64,000 nucleotides of DNA from an uncultured delta proteobacterium (GTDB lineage: Bacteria > Myxococcota_A > Polyangia > Polyangiales > B10-G4): contig CAVSGI010000020.1 in NCBI GenBank assembly GCA_963727445.1, positions 32,001 through 96,000 on the forward strand, given 5' to 3'. The notes under the pieces were generated by a model. It searched no databases, was not told where the DNA came from, and saw only the letters and a list, made by a program, of their open reading frames with translations. Below, one piece after another: positions 31,198-40,572 of this stretch. The position numbers and the translations under genes were made by a program. Every line of letters begins with the position of its first letter. The first letter of the stretch is position 1.

Positions 31198-31659
31198 GTG
31201 TTTCGCGTCGGCGACCGCGTCCACTACCCGGCTCAAGGCCTCGGCACCATCGAACGCGAGATGGAGCATGAGGGCGTCCCGGTGCTCTTCGTTCGGTTGG
31301 ATGTCGGGAGTGGGATCGGCGTACCGATTGCGAGCGCCGCGGAGCTCCTGTGGCCGCTGCCCTCGAAGGAGCGCGCACTCGCCCTCGAAGCGCAGATGCT
31401 CACGCCGGCGGAGCCTGACAACGGCTCCTGGCCGGAGCGCTACGCGACCTTCGAGCGCGCGCTCCTCGAAGGGACGCTCGACGACTACGTCGAGGTGCTT
31501 TGCCGAAATCTCGCCCGCGCCGCGCCCGCGTCCTTCGGAGAGCGAAAGATGATGATGGTCCTCGAGGACAACGCCGTCGCACCGGTGGCGGAGAGTCTCG
31601 GCAAGGACCGCGCTGCGTTGATGGCCGAGGCCGCGGCGCGCCAAGCCGCCGGGCGATGA
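31198..31659 (+). CDS. CarD/CdnL-family transcription factor paralog
   Basis: FRVGDRVHYPAQGLGTI, SWPERY, SFGERKMM. Confidence 0.85.
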   Translation: MFRVGDRVHYPAQGLGTIEREMEHEGVPVLFVRLDVGSGIGVPIASAAELLWPLPSKERALALEAQMLTPAEPDNGSWPERYATFERALLEGTLDDYVEVLCRNLARAAPASFGERKMMMVLEDNAVAPVAESLGKDRAALMAEAAARQAAGR

Positions 31660-31924
31660 GCGGAGCTCAAATCCCGAACGCGATGCCCACCGATCCGATG
31701 ATCGCCATCCGAAGCTCTTCGCCGCCCATGACGCGGTATGTGATCTCGAAGGGCAACCGCCTGTCGGGACGCCGCTATTTCGCAGTGTAGGCCGACCGAT
31801 TCTCAGGACGCCCTGCGCTTCGCTGGGTCCCGTCGGAGGCTCCGCTCACCCGCGTGGTGATAGGACGAGGCACAGCATTCCTCGCAGTCTCATCACGTCC
31901 CCTTTCTCGTTTGTGTGTCGACCC

Positions 31925-32533
31925 TCAGGTGGTACAGCCAAACGCGACCGTGCCCTCGACGCGGAGCGGGACCCCGTCGACGTCGAAGACGAGCACGTAG
32001 TCCACCATGCGGCCCGCGGCGCAGACGTCGCAGATGGAGGCGGGCGGCGTGCCGGGGACGTTCTCGAGCATTTGGCGGACCACATCGCCGGCGCCGAGGG
32101 TGAACACGGCCGGGTCGAGGGCGATGACGGTCGTCATCATTGCGGCGTCGTCGAAGGTCAAGGTGGCGGACGTAAGTGTCGCGGTGACCTCGGTCGCAGC
32201 TGCGGAGTTGTCGAATTCGAGGAAGAGGTCGATCTGCAGCGGGTCGGTCGGGACGGGAGCGGCGCATTCACCGAAGGCCGTCGCGCCGAACTCCGTGATC
32301 ACGAGGCTCGTCGTGCCGGCGTCCGCGCTGGCGTCGGCGGCGGCGTCGTCCGAGCCATCCGGCGCTGCGCCATCCGGCGCTGCGCCATCTGGCACCGCGC
32401 TGTCGGCGACGGTGGTGTCGGGGCCGCTGTCGCCCGCGCCCGTGTCCATGCTCGCGTCGGTCGCTCCGTCATCGCCGCAGGCGACGAGAAGGACGACGAG
32501 GACGAGGGCCAGGACTGCCAATCGTTGGACCAT
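31925..32533 (-). CDS. Hypothetical lipoprotein
   Basis: Lipobox LVAC, D/S/A/P-rich linker, beta-rich C-terminal domain. Confidence 0.7.
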   Translation of the reverse strand: MVQRLAVLALVLVVLLVACGDDGATDASMDTGAGDSGPDTTVADSAVPDGAAPDGAAPDGSDDAAADASADAGTTSLVITEFGATAFGECAAPVPTDPLQIDLFLEFDNSAAATEVTATLTSATLTFDDAAMMTTVIALDPAVFTLGAGDVVRQMLENVPGTPPASICDVCAAGRMVDYVLVFDVDGVPLRVEGTVAFGCTT

Positions 32534-32567
32534 CGGTCGATCTTCGCACGTTTGGCCCAATGCGGGG

Positions 32568-32940
32568 GCGATCGGGGGGGCGATCGGGGACGGTTCGAAC
32601 TTCCGTCACGCGGGGCGATCGGGGACGGTTCGAACTTCCGTCACGCGGCGCTCCGAGCCGGCGATCGGGGACGGTTCCGGGGCGATCGGGGACGGTTCGA
32701 ACTTCCGTCACGCGGCGCTCCGGGGGGGCGATCGGGGACGGTTCGAACTTCCGTCACGCGGCGCGATCGGGGACGGTTCGAACTTCCGTCACGCGGCGCT
32801 CCGAGCGGGCGATCGGGGACGGTTCGAACTTCCGTCACGCGGCGCTCGGGACGATCGGGGACGGTTCGAACTTCCGTCACGCGGCGCTCCGAGCCGGCGA
32901 TCGGGGACGGTTCGAACTTCCGTCACGCGGCGCTCCGAGC
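32568..32940. repeat. Tandem stutter array of the element left end (8 full + 2 partial copies)
   Basis: Core CGATCGGGGACGGTTCGAACTTCCGTCACGCGG starts at 32581, 32616, 32683, 32729, 32764, 32810, 32852 and 32898. Partial copies at ~32568 and 32662. Confidence 0.95.
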
Positions 32941-33174
32941 CAGATCCTCTACGAGTTGCCTCGCCACGACCGAGTCCTCGTGTGGAGCTCTACGTCGCAC
33001 GCCATCCACGTCACCGATCCGCCGAGATGCGGGCGCGCATAGCACAGCCCCTCATCGAGCCGGCAACGCATTGGTTGCGGCTGATCCGAACCGGCATTCG
33101 GGATTCGTGAATCTGTGGAACGGAGTCAAACGCGCCCACCAGACGCGCGCGTTACGGAAGTTCGGACCGTCCCC
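32903..33174. mobile_element. Non-coding MITE/REP-like element, copy B, with 25-bp terminal inverted repeats
   Basis: Left GGGGACGGTTCGAACTTCCGTCACG (32903-32927) matches the reverse complement of right CGTTACGGAAGTTCGGACCGTCCCC (33150-33174) at 23/25. Confidence 0.8.
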
Positions 33175-33491
33175 AGAAGTTGCGCTGTACGCTGCAGCGC
33201 CTCGAGCGTCAGCTGCCGCATCAGCGTGACCATGGCTTCGTTGAAGCGCGCGTGGAAGCTGGAGGGCGCCAGGCGCACCCCAGTGGCTCGAAGGTAGGCT
33301 CGTCGAAGCCCTGTCAGGCTCCGCCGGTCGCCAGCGGAGAAGCCGAGCACCAACCCGTACACCAGCGACACGATATCAACCTTGCGCCGGCGTCGAACGA
33401 CTCCCAGCCGGCGAGACAGCTCCCGGATCCGACGACGCGGCAACACGCTGGTCAGCGCTCGATGAATGTGGCTAGGCTTGCGGCGAGCCAT
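33175..33491 (-). pseudogene. N-terminal fragment of an IS4-family transposase
   Basis: IRELSRRLGVVRRRRK...LVLGF...SLTGLRRAY...LAPSSFHARFN resembles IS4 N-termini. AAGGAGG RBS upstream. No DDE domain; the reading runs into the repeat end at 33174. Confidence 0.7.
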
Positions 33492-33662
33492 CGCTTCCCT
33501 CCTTTGGACTTAGACACCCGTAGGAGATCAGAAGCGGTGGCTCTTTTCGATCACGCAGCGCGCGCAGGGCTCAACCAATTGGAATCGCTTAACCTTCTCG
33601 ACAGTCGCAGCCGCTTATCCGAACACGAATGATCATACCTACTGCGAAACTCGGGCGTCCGG

Positions 33663-33697
33663 TGAAGGGGTTGGCTTCCGTGGAGGCTGGAAACCGG
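33663..33697 (+). repeat. 35-bp motif, copy 2, upstream of the toxin gene
   Basis: Matches 26364-26399 with one substitution and one indel. Overlaps the hairpin GGAAACC-GGGC-GGTTTCC (33689-33706). Confidence 0.8.
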
Positions 33698-33757
33698 GCG
33701 GTTTCCGCTGCACCGGGGTGCTGTCGTCGCATCCAGACCAAGACTATCCTCCGTCGG

Positions 33758-36700
33758 ATGCGAACGAGGCGAACGCTCGTCGTGCTCACCGCGCTGGGCT
33801 TGGTGCTCTTCGGCCCGGCGACTGGATGCAACTGTGGCTCGGATGGGCCGATGGACGCCGCCGGTGAGGGCGGTGTCGGGGACCCGGAGATCTGCGACAA
33901 CGGGATCGACGACGATCTCGACGGCGACGTCGACTGTGAGGACGTCGACTGTGCGGCGGTCCTCGTGGCGGGGAGCGACGAGACGTTGGACGCTCCGTTT
34001 CGCGATCGCGTGCGCTTCCTCTACGAGGGAGGCATGTGCGCGCCGCTCCAGGTGGACGTCACGCCAGGCGCACTCGACGACGATCCGCTTTCCGTCCTGA
34101 CGGGCGTCGTCACCGGCGACGATGGGGAGCCGCTTCCCGGCGTCGAGGTGAGCGTTCTCGGACACCCCGAGTGGGGGCGCGTGCGCTCGCGTGGGGACGG
34201 ACGCTTCGAGATCGCGGTGCTCGGCGGGACCTCGCGGACGCTTCGCCTCACGGCGCCGGATTACCTCGAGAGTCAGCGGAGCGCGGTGGCGCGCCCCGAG
34301 GACTACACCGAGGTCGAAGCCGTCGAGCTCGTCCTCGAGGGGCCGAGCACGACCATCTCCCCGATGGCGGGCGGCGTGGTCCGGAGCGCGCGCGAGAGCG
34401 ACGACAGCGGCGAGCGCGGTGCCACCGCGATCTTCCGGGCCGGGACGAGCGCGTCGATCCGCATGCCGGATGGAAGCACGTCGCCCGCGGGCACGCTGAC
34501 GCTCCGCCCGCGCGAGGTCACCGTCGGTCCGCGCGGCCCGAGCCGGATGAGCGCGACCCTTCCTGCGGCGAGCGCCTACACCTATGCGATCGACTTCGAC
34601 GCCGCCGAGGCGCCGGAGGGCGCGGATGTCGAGTTCGACCAGCCCGTGGCGGTCTACGTCGAGGACTTCCTCGACATGCCGGTGGGCACGCCCGTTCCCG
34701 TGGGAAGCTACGACCGCGCCCTCGGCCACTGGAATGCGGAGGACGACGGCCGCGTGGTCGAGATCGTCTCGATCACCGGGGGCGTCGCCGATCTCGACGT
34801 CGACGGGGACGGCGTGGCGGAGGCCGACAGCGACCTGACGGCGCTCGGCATCGACGTCGAGGAGCGCCGCACCCTCGCCGCGGAGCACGCCGCCGGCGCG
34901 ACGCTCTGGCGCTTCGAAGCGACGCACTTCTCGCTCTGGGACGCGAACTGGCCCTTCGGCTTCCCCGACGACGCGATCGACGTGCTGCTCTCGCTGCTCG
35001 GACTCGACGCGTTCTTCGAGGACACCTGCTCGAACGGCTCCCAGATCCACGTCGAGCGTCAGGTGTTGGGCGAGTCGGTTCCGCTCGTGGGGACGGGCTT
35101 CTCGCTCCACTACACGAGCGATCGCCACATCGGCTACCAGGCGTCGCGCGCGGTTCGCGCGGTGATCACGCCGGACACCATCCCGCCCTCGCTCCGCGAG
35201 GTGCGCGTCGAGCTGGCCCTCGCCGGTCAGACGATTCGCGAGTCGTTCGAGCCGGCGCCGTCGCTGGTCTACGCGCACACCTGGGACGGTCTCGATCGCT
35301 TCGGGCGCCGGTATCGCGGCGCCACGCCCTACGTGCTCCGCGTCGGCTACGTCTACGACGGCGTCTACGCCGCGCCGGGCGAGTCGCGCGACGCGCCTTC
35401 GTTCGGGAGCGGTGGGGATCGCCGGCTCGAAGGAAGCCGCACGCGCGAGGAGGTCGTCGTCTGGCGCGAAGCGCGCGGCTCCGGGTCGCTCGAAGATGCG
35501 CGCACTCAGGGGCTGCTCGGCCTGACCCTCAGCCCGCATCACCGGCTCGAGCGCGTGAGTGAGACGCTTCTCCGCGGCGATGGGCTGACGGTGAGCGGCC
35601 GCGCGATCCCGCGCATGGTGCGGCGGATCGGCGGCGCCGGCGGGACGGCGGCCGCCGATGGCGTCCCCGTCGCGTCCGCGTCTTTCGGCTCGGTCTTCGG
35701 CCTCGCCCGGTCGCCCGATGGGCGCATCTACGTGGGTGACGCCGGCGACAACCGCATCTACCGCATCGAAGACGACGGCACGCTGACGCACGTCGCGGGC
35801 GACGGCACGTATGCGTCGACCGGGGACGGCGGACCGGCGCTCAGCGCGTCGCTCCAGAGCCCCCACCACCTCCTCTTCGGACCCGACGGCAGCCTCTACT
35901 TCACCGAGCCCTACTCGCTCCTCGGAACCGGCAGCGGCGAGACCGGCGGTCGCATCCGCCGCATCGCCCCGGACGGAACGATTCACGGGGTCGCGGGAAC
36001 GGGCGAGTTTCAGCGCTCTTCCGCGCGTGACGGCGTCGACGATGGGCTCCCCGCCGAGCTGGCGAAGCTCGAGGACGTCGGGCCGATCGCGTTCGCTGCC
36101 GACGGCACGCTCTACATGGTGGACGGATCGTCGACGATCCGCTTCGTGACGCCGTCGGGGATCCTCCAGACCGCCAACCGCATGCCGGAGTTCGGCGATC
36201 CCGACGGCACGCCCCTGACCGAGGCGTTCATCGGTGCGATGAGCGCGCTCGTCATCGACGGCGAGGACAACCTCTACCTCGGGACGACCGGCGGCAACGT
36301 GTACCGCGTCGGTCCCGATCGCATCGTGCGCTACGTCGCCGGCGGCGGGAGCGAGCTGGTCATTCCGGGAGGCGTGCCGGCGCGCGACGCCAACATCGGG
36401 CGGGTCGACTCGCTCCTCGCCCACGAGGACGGCCTCTACATGGGCGCGCGCGAGGGACGGCTCCTGCTCCTCGATCACGCGGGGATCGTCAGCCGCGTTG
36501 CCGGCGACGTCGCAGACTTCCCCGCGGGCAACGGCGGCCCGGCGATCGAAGCGACCTTCTTCAAGCTCCTCGCGCTCCTCCCCACCGACGGCGGCATCCT
36601 GGTCACGGACGAGAGCCCGTCGAATCAGCTTCGCGAGATCCGCCGGAGCTTCGGCGCGAGGCGCGCCGGCGAGTGGGTGGTTCCGTCGGGCGACGGCGCG

Positions 36701-39700
36701 CTCCGCTACATCTTCGATTCGACCGGGCATCACGTGCGCACCGAGACCGCCTCGACCGGGGCGCTGGTCCTGGCATTCGATTACGACGCCGAGAACCGCC
36801 TGACGACCATCTCGGACCCCGACGGAAACACGCTCGGTATCGAGCGCACGTCGGGCGCGGTCACGCTCGTCCCGACGGAGGGGCCGTCGACCACGCTCTG
36901 GGACGACGACGGGGACGGGTTCGCCGACCGCATCTCGACCGATGGTGATCCCTACGAGGTCACGCTTTCGCTCGCGGCGGACGGGCTGCTCGAAGGCTTC
37001 GTCGATCGCCTCGGTGTCGCCCACGCGTTCGGCTACGACCCGACGGGCAAGCTCGTGAGCGACGGCGTCGAAGGACGGAACGCGCAGGAGCTCTCGGCCG
37101 ATGGCAGCCAAGTGACCTTGACGACGGGCGCGGGGCGGACGGCGACGTGGGAGACGCGCTCGTTCGGGGCGACGCGGGACCAGACGTACACGGACGAAAG
37201 CGGGATGACCGTCCACCGCACCGTCGATTTCGACGGGACCGTCGTCACCAGCTATCCCGATGGCGCCTCGCTCACGCAGGTGATGCGCCCGGACGTCGTG
37301 CTCGGCGGCGGCGTGATGGTGCCCGCCGAGACGACGCTCGCGACCCCTGGGGGACGCTCGGTCTCGTGGACCATCGACCAGTCGGCGACCGTCACCGACG
37401 AGCGGCTCGAGAGCCGGCAGACGGAGATCACGGTGGCGCCGGGAACATCCCGGCGCGCGACGCTCAGCGAGGAGCTGGTCGTCGCGCCGACCGGCGAGAG
37501 CACGTTCACGGTGACCAGCGCCGAAGGGCGAACCGGGACGATGGAGCGAAACGCCCGCGGCGAGCTGGTGCGGGTGGAGCGGCCGGGTCGGCACCCGGTG
37601 CAGCTCTCCTACGACACGAGCGGGCGGCTCCTCGCGGTCGTTCAGGGCGACGGAACGGTGAGCCGGCGCCTCGACTTCACGCTTCCAGCGCTGCCGAGCG
37701 CCACGTTCGGCGACGTGGGCGTCACCGATTCGCTCGGGCAGAGCGTCACGACTTCGTGGGATGCGCGCGGCCGCGCGATCGAGAGCGCCGACGCGCTCGG
37801 GAGCGTGCTCACGGGATACGACGAGGGCGCGCGCGAGCTCTCGATCACGCCGCCGGGGCGAAACGCGCACACGTTCGGTGCGAACGCCTTCGGTCAGCTC
37901 GCCAGCTATGCGCCGCCAGCGATCGCCGGCGGCGGCGGCGGCCGGAGCTACGAGTTCGACGAGGACGACGCCCCGGTCGCGATGACCGCCGGCGGGACGC
38001 GCGTGGCCTTCGAGGTGGATGACAGCTTCCGGCCGCGCTCGGCGATGCTCGAAGCGGGACGCGGCGGGGAGGTCGACTGGAACGGCGCCGGCGATCCGGC
38101 GGTCTGGCGCTGGCTCCAGCCGCTCGGGACGGTGAGCGTCACGCCGACCTACGACGGTCCGGTGGTGACGAGCGTCGACGTCGCGGGGCCCTACAGCGCA
38201 ACGCTCACGCCCGTCTACGACGACGCCCTCGAGACGACCGGGCTCAGCATCTCGGTCGGCACGCAGATCAGCGCGCTCTCGTTCACGACGGATCTCGATG
38301 GCCTCCTCGAGTCGATCACCGCGGCGCACGGACGCACGCACACCATCACGCTGACGCGCGACCCGGTGAGCGGGGATCTGACGCGCGCACGCGCCGACAG
38401 CACCAGCTCGACGTATGTGTTCGACGGCTTCGGGGCGGTGTCTTCCGCAGCGCACACGTGGACCGGTGGCAGCCTCTCGCGGACCTACACGCCGGACGCC
38501 GTCGGCCGCATCGGGCGCGTGACCGAGGCCGGCTCGTCCGACGACTTCCAATACGACGCGCGCGGAAGGCTCACCCGCGTCTTCCGCGAAGGGTCGCTGC
38601 GCTATTCATACGACTACGACGCCAACGGCAACCGCATGTCGTGGCAGTCGCCGGGGAACACCTGTGACGATCCCGGCGGCACGGGGCGCTGCGTCGACAT
38701 CGACGCGCAGGATCGGCTCTTGCGGTACGGCGCCGCGGGCGCGGGCGCGATCAGCTTCACGTATGACGACGCCGGACAGCGCCGGACGCGAAGCGATGCC
38801 GCGGGCATGACGCAGTATACGTACGACGCCGTCGGCCATCTGGTCTCGGTCACGATGCCGACGGGGAGGCGCATCGAATACGTGACCGGACCCGACGGCG
38901 GACGCGTCGCGCGGCTCGTCGACGGCGTGCGCACCGATGCGTTCCTCTACGGTTCCGGCGGACGCATCCTCGGCCGCGTCGACGGAAGCGGAAATCTGGT
39001 GATCACGTACGTGTATGCCGACACCGACTGGGTGCCGAGTTACGCGCTCCATCGCGACGGACGGCTCTTCCGGGTGGTGACCGACCAGGTGGGCTCGGTT
39101 CGCGCGGTCGTGAATGCCGAGACGGGCGCGGTCGCGCAGCGCTACACGTATTCACCATTCGGTGTGATCGAGAGCGACGTGACGGCCGAGGACATCGTCC
39201 CTCATCGCTTCGCGGGCGGCCTCTACGACCCGGAGACGCACCTGCTGCGTTTCGGCGCGCGCGACTACGACCCGGAGATCGGCCGCTTCACGGCGAAGGA
39301 CCCGATCGGCTTCGGCGGAGGCGACACGAATCTCTACGCCTACGTCGGAAGCGACCCGATCAACGCCGTCGATCCGAGCGGGCTCTTCATCGACACCCTC
39401 GTCGACGCGCTCTCCATCGCCGGCTGCGCCTTCGCGATCCTCCGCGACAACGTCTTCGGCACCTGCGACAACCTGAACGCGAACCTCACCCGCTGCGCCA
39501 TCGCCGCGGCCGCGTTCATCATCCCCTTCGTCGCCTACGGCGCGCTCAAGGCCATGGGGCGGTTTGGCCGCCGCGCGGCACGCTACGCGGACGACATCCC
39601 CTGCGGGAGCGGCGTCTGCCCGTGCTTCGTCGCCGGCACCCTGGTCGCGACCGGCCTCGCCGGCACCTGCGACGCCGACGTCGCCCTCGCGCACGACAAG

Positions 39701-40564
39701 ATCGAGACGCTCGAGGTCGGCGACCGCGTCGTGACCGCGGCGATGCTCGACGAAGACGCGCCCGCGTACGAAACGCGCGTCCGCCCCGACTGGCAGGTCA
39801 TCGATCTCGAGGTCGCGGGCACGGCCGACGACGGAAAGCGCAAAGTCGTCGCCCTCACCGTCCTCCGGCCCCCCGGCTGGCTCGACGCCGAGGACCCGGA
39901 TGGCGACGGCGCCTTCCCCCTGGACCTCCCCGAGCTCCGCCTCCGCGGCCTCGCCCACGTCATCCAGGTCCGCGGCCCGCCCACGCTCGCCGCGGGACCC
40001 GGCCGCGTCGTCCTCTCCACCGTCGTCCACGAAGACGCCGACGTCGTCTCGCTACGCCTCACGCGCGAGGACGACGCCTTCGCCGCGCCGATCGAGATCC
40101 GCGCGACTGCGAACCACCCCTTCTACTCCCTCGCACGCCGAGACTGGGTCTCCGCTGGCGACCTCGCGCTCGGCGAGCCGGTCCAAACCGCGCACGGCGC
40201 GTATGCGCTCAGCGCCCGCGAACCGCTCCCCGGAACGCACCGCGTCTACAACCTCGAAGTCGAGCGCGACCACGAGTACCTCGTCTCGAACGTCGGCGCG
40301 CGGGTGCACAATGCGTATCCGAACGCAAACACGCTCAATCACATCTTCGGACAGGCGCGACACAACCTCGACCAAGTGGTTCAACATTTCGGATCAGAAC
40401 AAGCCGCTTTCGACGCACTTCAGTCCGGCGCTCAGGCTGCAGCTGACGCCGGGCGAATCTCGGACGTTTTCGAAACAGTCATCACAGTTGCCGGTCAGGA
40501 TGTGACGGTTCGCGGCCGGGTTATCGACGGCATGGTACGCATCGGCACGGCCTTCATCCCGTGA
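33758..40564 (+). CDS. Teneurin-like RHS/YD polymorphic toxin lipoprotein with pre-toxin Hint domain
   Basis: Lipobox ATGC; EICDNGIDDDLDGDVDC; TTR/FN-plug-like region; NHL repeats (VAGDG, VAGTG); YD repeats; RHS core FGARDYDPEIGRF..DPIG...DPSG; Hint CFVAGT...VYNLEV...VHN (39623-40312); 83-aa tip. Confidence 0.92.
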   Translation: MRTRRTLVVLTALGLVLFGPATGCNCGSDGPMDAAGEGGVGDPEICDNGIDDDLDGDVDCEDVDCAAVLVAGSDETLDAPFRDRVRFLYEGGMCAPLQVDVTPGALDDDPLSVLTGVVTGDDGEPLPGVEVSVLGHPEWGRVRSRGDGRFEIAVLGGTSRTLRLTAPDYLESQRSAVARPEDYTEVEAVELVLEGPSTTISPMAGGVVRSARESDDSGERGATAIFRAGTSASIRMPDGSTSPAGTLTLRPREVTVGPRGPSRMSATLPAASAYTYAIDFDAAEAPEGADVEFDQPVAVYVEDFLDMPVGTPVPVGSYDRALGHWNAEDDGRVVEIVSITGGVADLDVDGDGVAEADSDLTALGIDVEERRTLAAEHAAGATLWRFEATHFSLWDANWPFGFPDDAIDVLLSLLGLDAFFEDTCSNGSQIHVERQVLGESVPLVGTGFSLHYTSDRHIGYQASRAVRAVITPDTIPPSLREVRVELALAGQTIRESFEPAPSLVYAHTWDGLDRFGRRYRGATPYVLRVGYVYDGVYAAPGESRDAPSFGSGGDRRLEGSRTREEVVVWREARGSGSLEDARTQGLLGLTLSPHHRLERVSETLLRGDGLTVSGRAIPRMVRRIGGAGGTAAADGVPVASASFGSVFGLARSPDGRIYVGDAGDNRIYRIEDDGTLTHVAGDGTYASTGDGGPALSASLQSPHHLLFGPDGSLYFTEPYSLLGTGSGETGGRIRRIAPDGTIHGVAGTGEFQRSSARDGVDDGLPAELAKLEDVGPIAFAADGTLYMVDGSSTIRFVTPSGILQTANRMPEFGDPDGTPLTEAFIGAMSALVIDGEDNLYLGTTGGNVYRVGPDRIVRYVAGGGSELVIPGGVPARDANIGRVDSLLAHEDGLYMGAREGRLLLLDHAGIVSRVAGDVADFPAGNGGPAIEATFFKLLALLPTDGGILVTDESPSNQLREIRRSFGARRAGEWVVPSGDGALRYIFDSTGHHVRTETASTGALVLAFDYDAENRLTTISDPDGNTLGIERTSGAVTLVPTEGPSTTLWDDDGDGFADRISTDGDPYEVTLSLAADGLLEGFVDRLGVAHAFGYDPTGKLVSDGVEGRNAQELSADGSQVTLTTGAGRTATWETRSFGATRDQTYTDESGMTVHRTVDFDGTVVTSYPDGASLTQVMRPDVVLGGGVMVPAETTLATPGGRSVSWTIDQSATVTDERLESRQTEITVAPGTSRRATLSEELVVAPTGESTFTVTSAEGRTGTMERNARGELVRVERPGRHPVQLSYDTSGRLLAVVQGDGTVSRRLDFTLPALPSATFGDVGVTDSLGQSVTTSWDARGRAIESADALGSVLTGYDEGARELSITPPGRNAHTFGANAFGQLASYAPPAIAGGGGGRSYEFDEDDAPVAMTAGGTRVAFEVDDSFRPRSAMLEAGRGGEVDWNGAGDPAVWRWLQPLGTVSVTPTYDGPVVTSVDVAGPYSATLTPVYDDALETTGLSISVGTQISALSFTTDLDGLLESITAAHGRTHTITLTRDPVSGDLTRARADSTSSTYVFDGFGAVSSAAHTWTGGSLSRTYTPDAVGRIGRVTEAGSSDDFQYDARGRLTRVFREGSLRYSYDYDANGNRMSWQSPGNTCDDPGGTGRCVDIDAQDRLLRYGAAGAGAISFTYDDAGQRRTRSDAAGMTQYTYDAVGHLVSVTMPTGRRIEYVTGPDGGRVARLVDGVRTDAFLYGSGGRILGRVDGSGNLVITYVYADTDWVPSYALHRDGRLFRVVTDQVGSVRAVVNAETGAVAQRYTYSPFGVIESDVTAEDIVPHRFAGGLYDPETHLLRFGARDYDPEIGRFTAKDPIGFGGGDTNLYAYVGSDPINAVDPSGLFIDTLVDALSIAGCAFAILRDNVFGTCDNLNANLTRCAIAAAAFIIPFVAYGALKAMGRFGRRAARYADDIPCGSGVCPCFVAGTLVATGLAGTCDADVALAHDKIETLEVGDRVVTAAMLDEDAPAYETRVRPDWQVIDLEVAGTADDGKRKVVALTVLRPPGWLDAEDPDGDGAFPLDLPELRLRGLAHVIQVRGPPTLAAGPGRVVLSTVVHEDADVVSLRLTREDDAFAAPIEIRATANHPFYSLARRDWVSAGDLALGEPVQTAHGAYALSAREPLPGTHRVYNLEVERDHEYLVSNVGARVHNAYPNANTLNHIFGQARHNLDQVVQHFGSEQAAFDALQSGAQAAADAGRISDVFETVITVAGQDVTVRGRVIDGMVRIGTAFIP

Positions 40565-40572
40565 GGTAGTCT

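Noticed and set aside
32568..32940. CRISPR array
   Set aside because: Inter-repeat DNA is only about 2-13 bp (apart from a partial repeat) and is derived from the repeat's own continuation, not unique spacers. No cas genes are in the window.
31913..33229. ORFs with GDGSNFRHA / RSGTVRTSVTR peptide repeats
   Set aside because: These are translations of the non-coding DNA repeat. Unit spacing is often not a multiple of three, so the peptides hop between frames.
33586..33610. Left terminal repeat of the IS4 remnant (reverse strand ...CTGTCGAGAAGGTTAAG)
   Set aside because: The position is plausible, but the partner end is missing, so it cannot be verified from this window.
33600..33757. Known riboswitch in the toxin 5' region
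   Set aside because: Hairpins are present, but I could not match conserved motifs of any riboswitch class by eye. An Rfam scan is needed.
33551..38551. 1666-aa minus-strand ORF (and similar long ORFs such as 2003..3709, 4034..5932, 12406..14484, 50599..52956)
   Set aside because: Antisense shadows of well-supported genes, typical of high-GC DNA, with no recognisable motifs.
39623..40312. Classical mobile intein with homing endonuclease
   Set aside because: No LAGLIDADG or HNH motifs, the +1 residue is Ala, and the position before a toxin tip fits a pre-toxin Hint cleavage domain.
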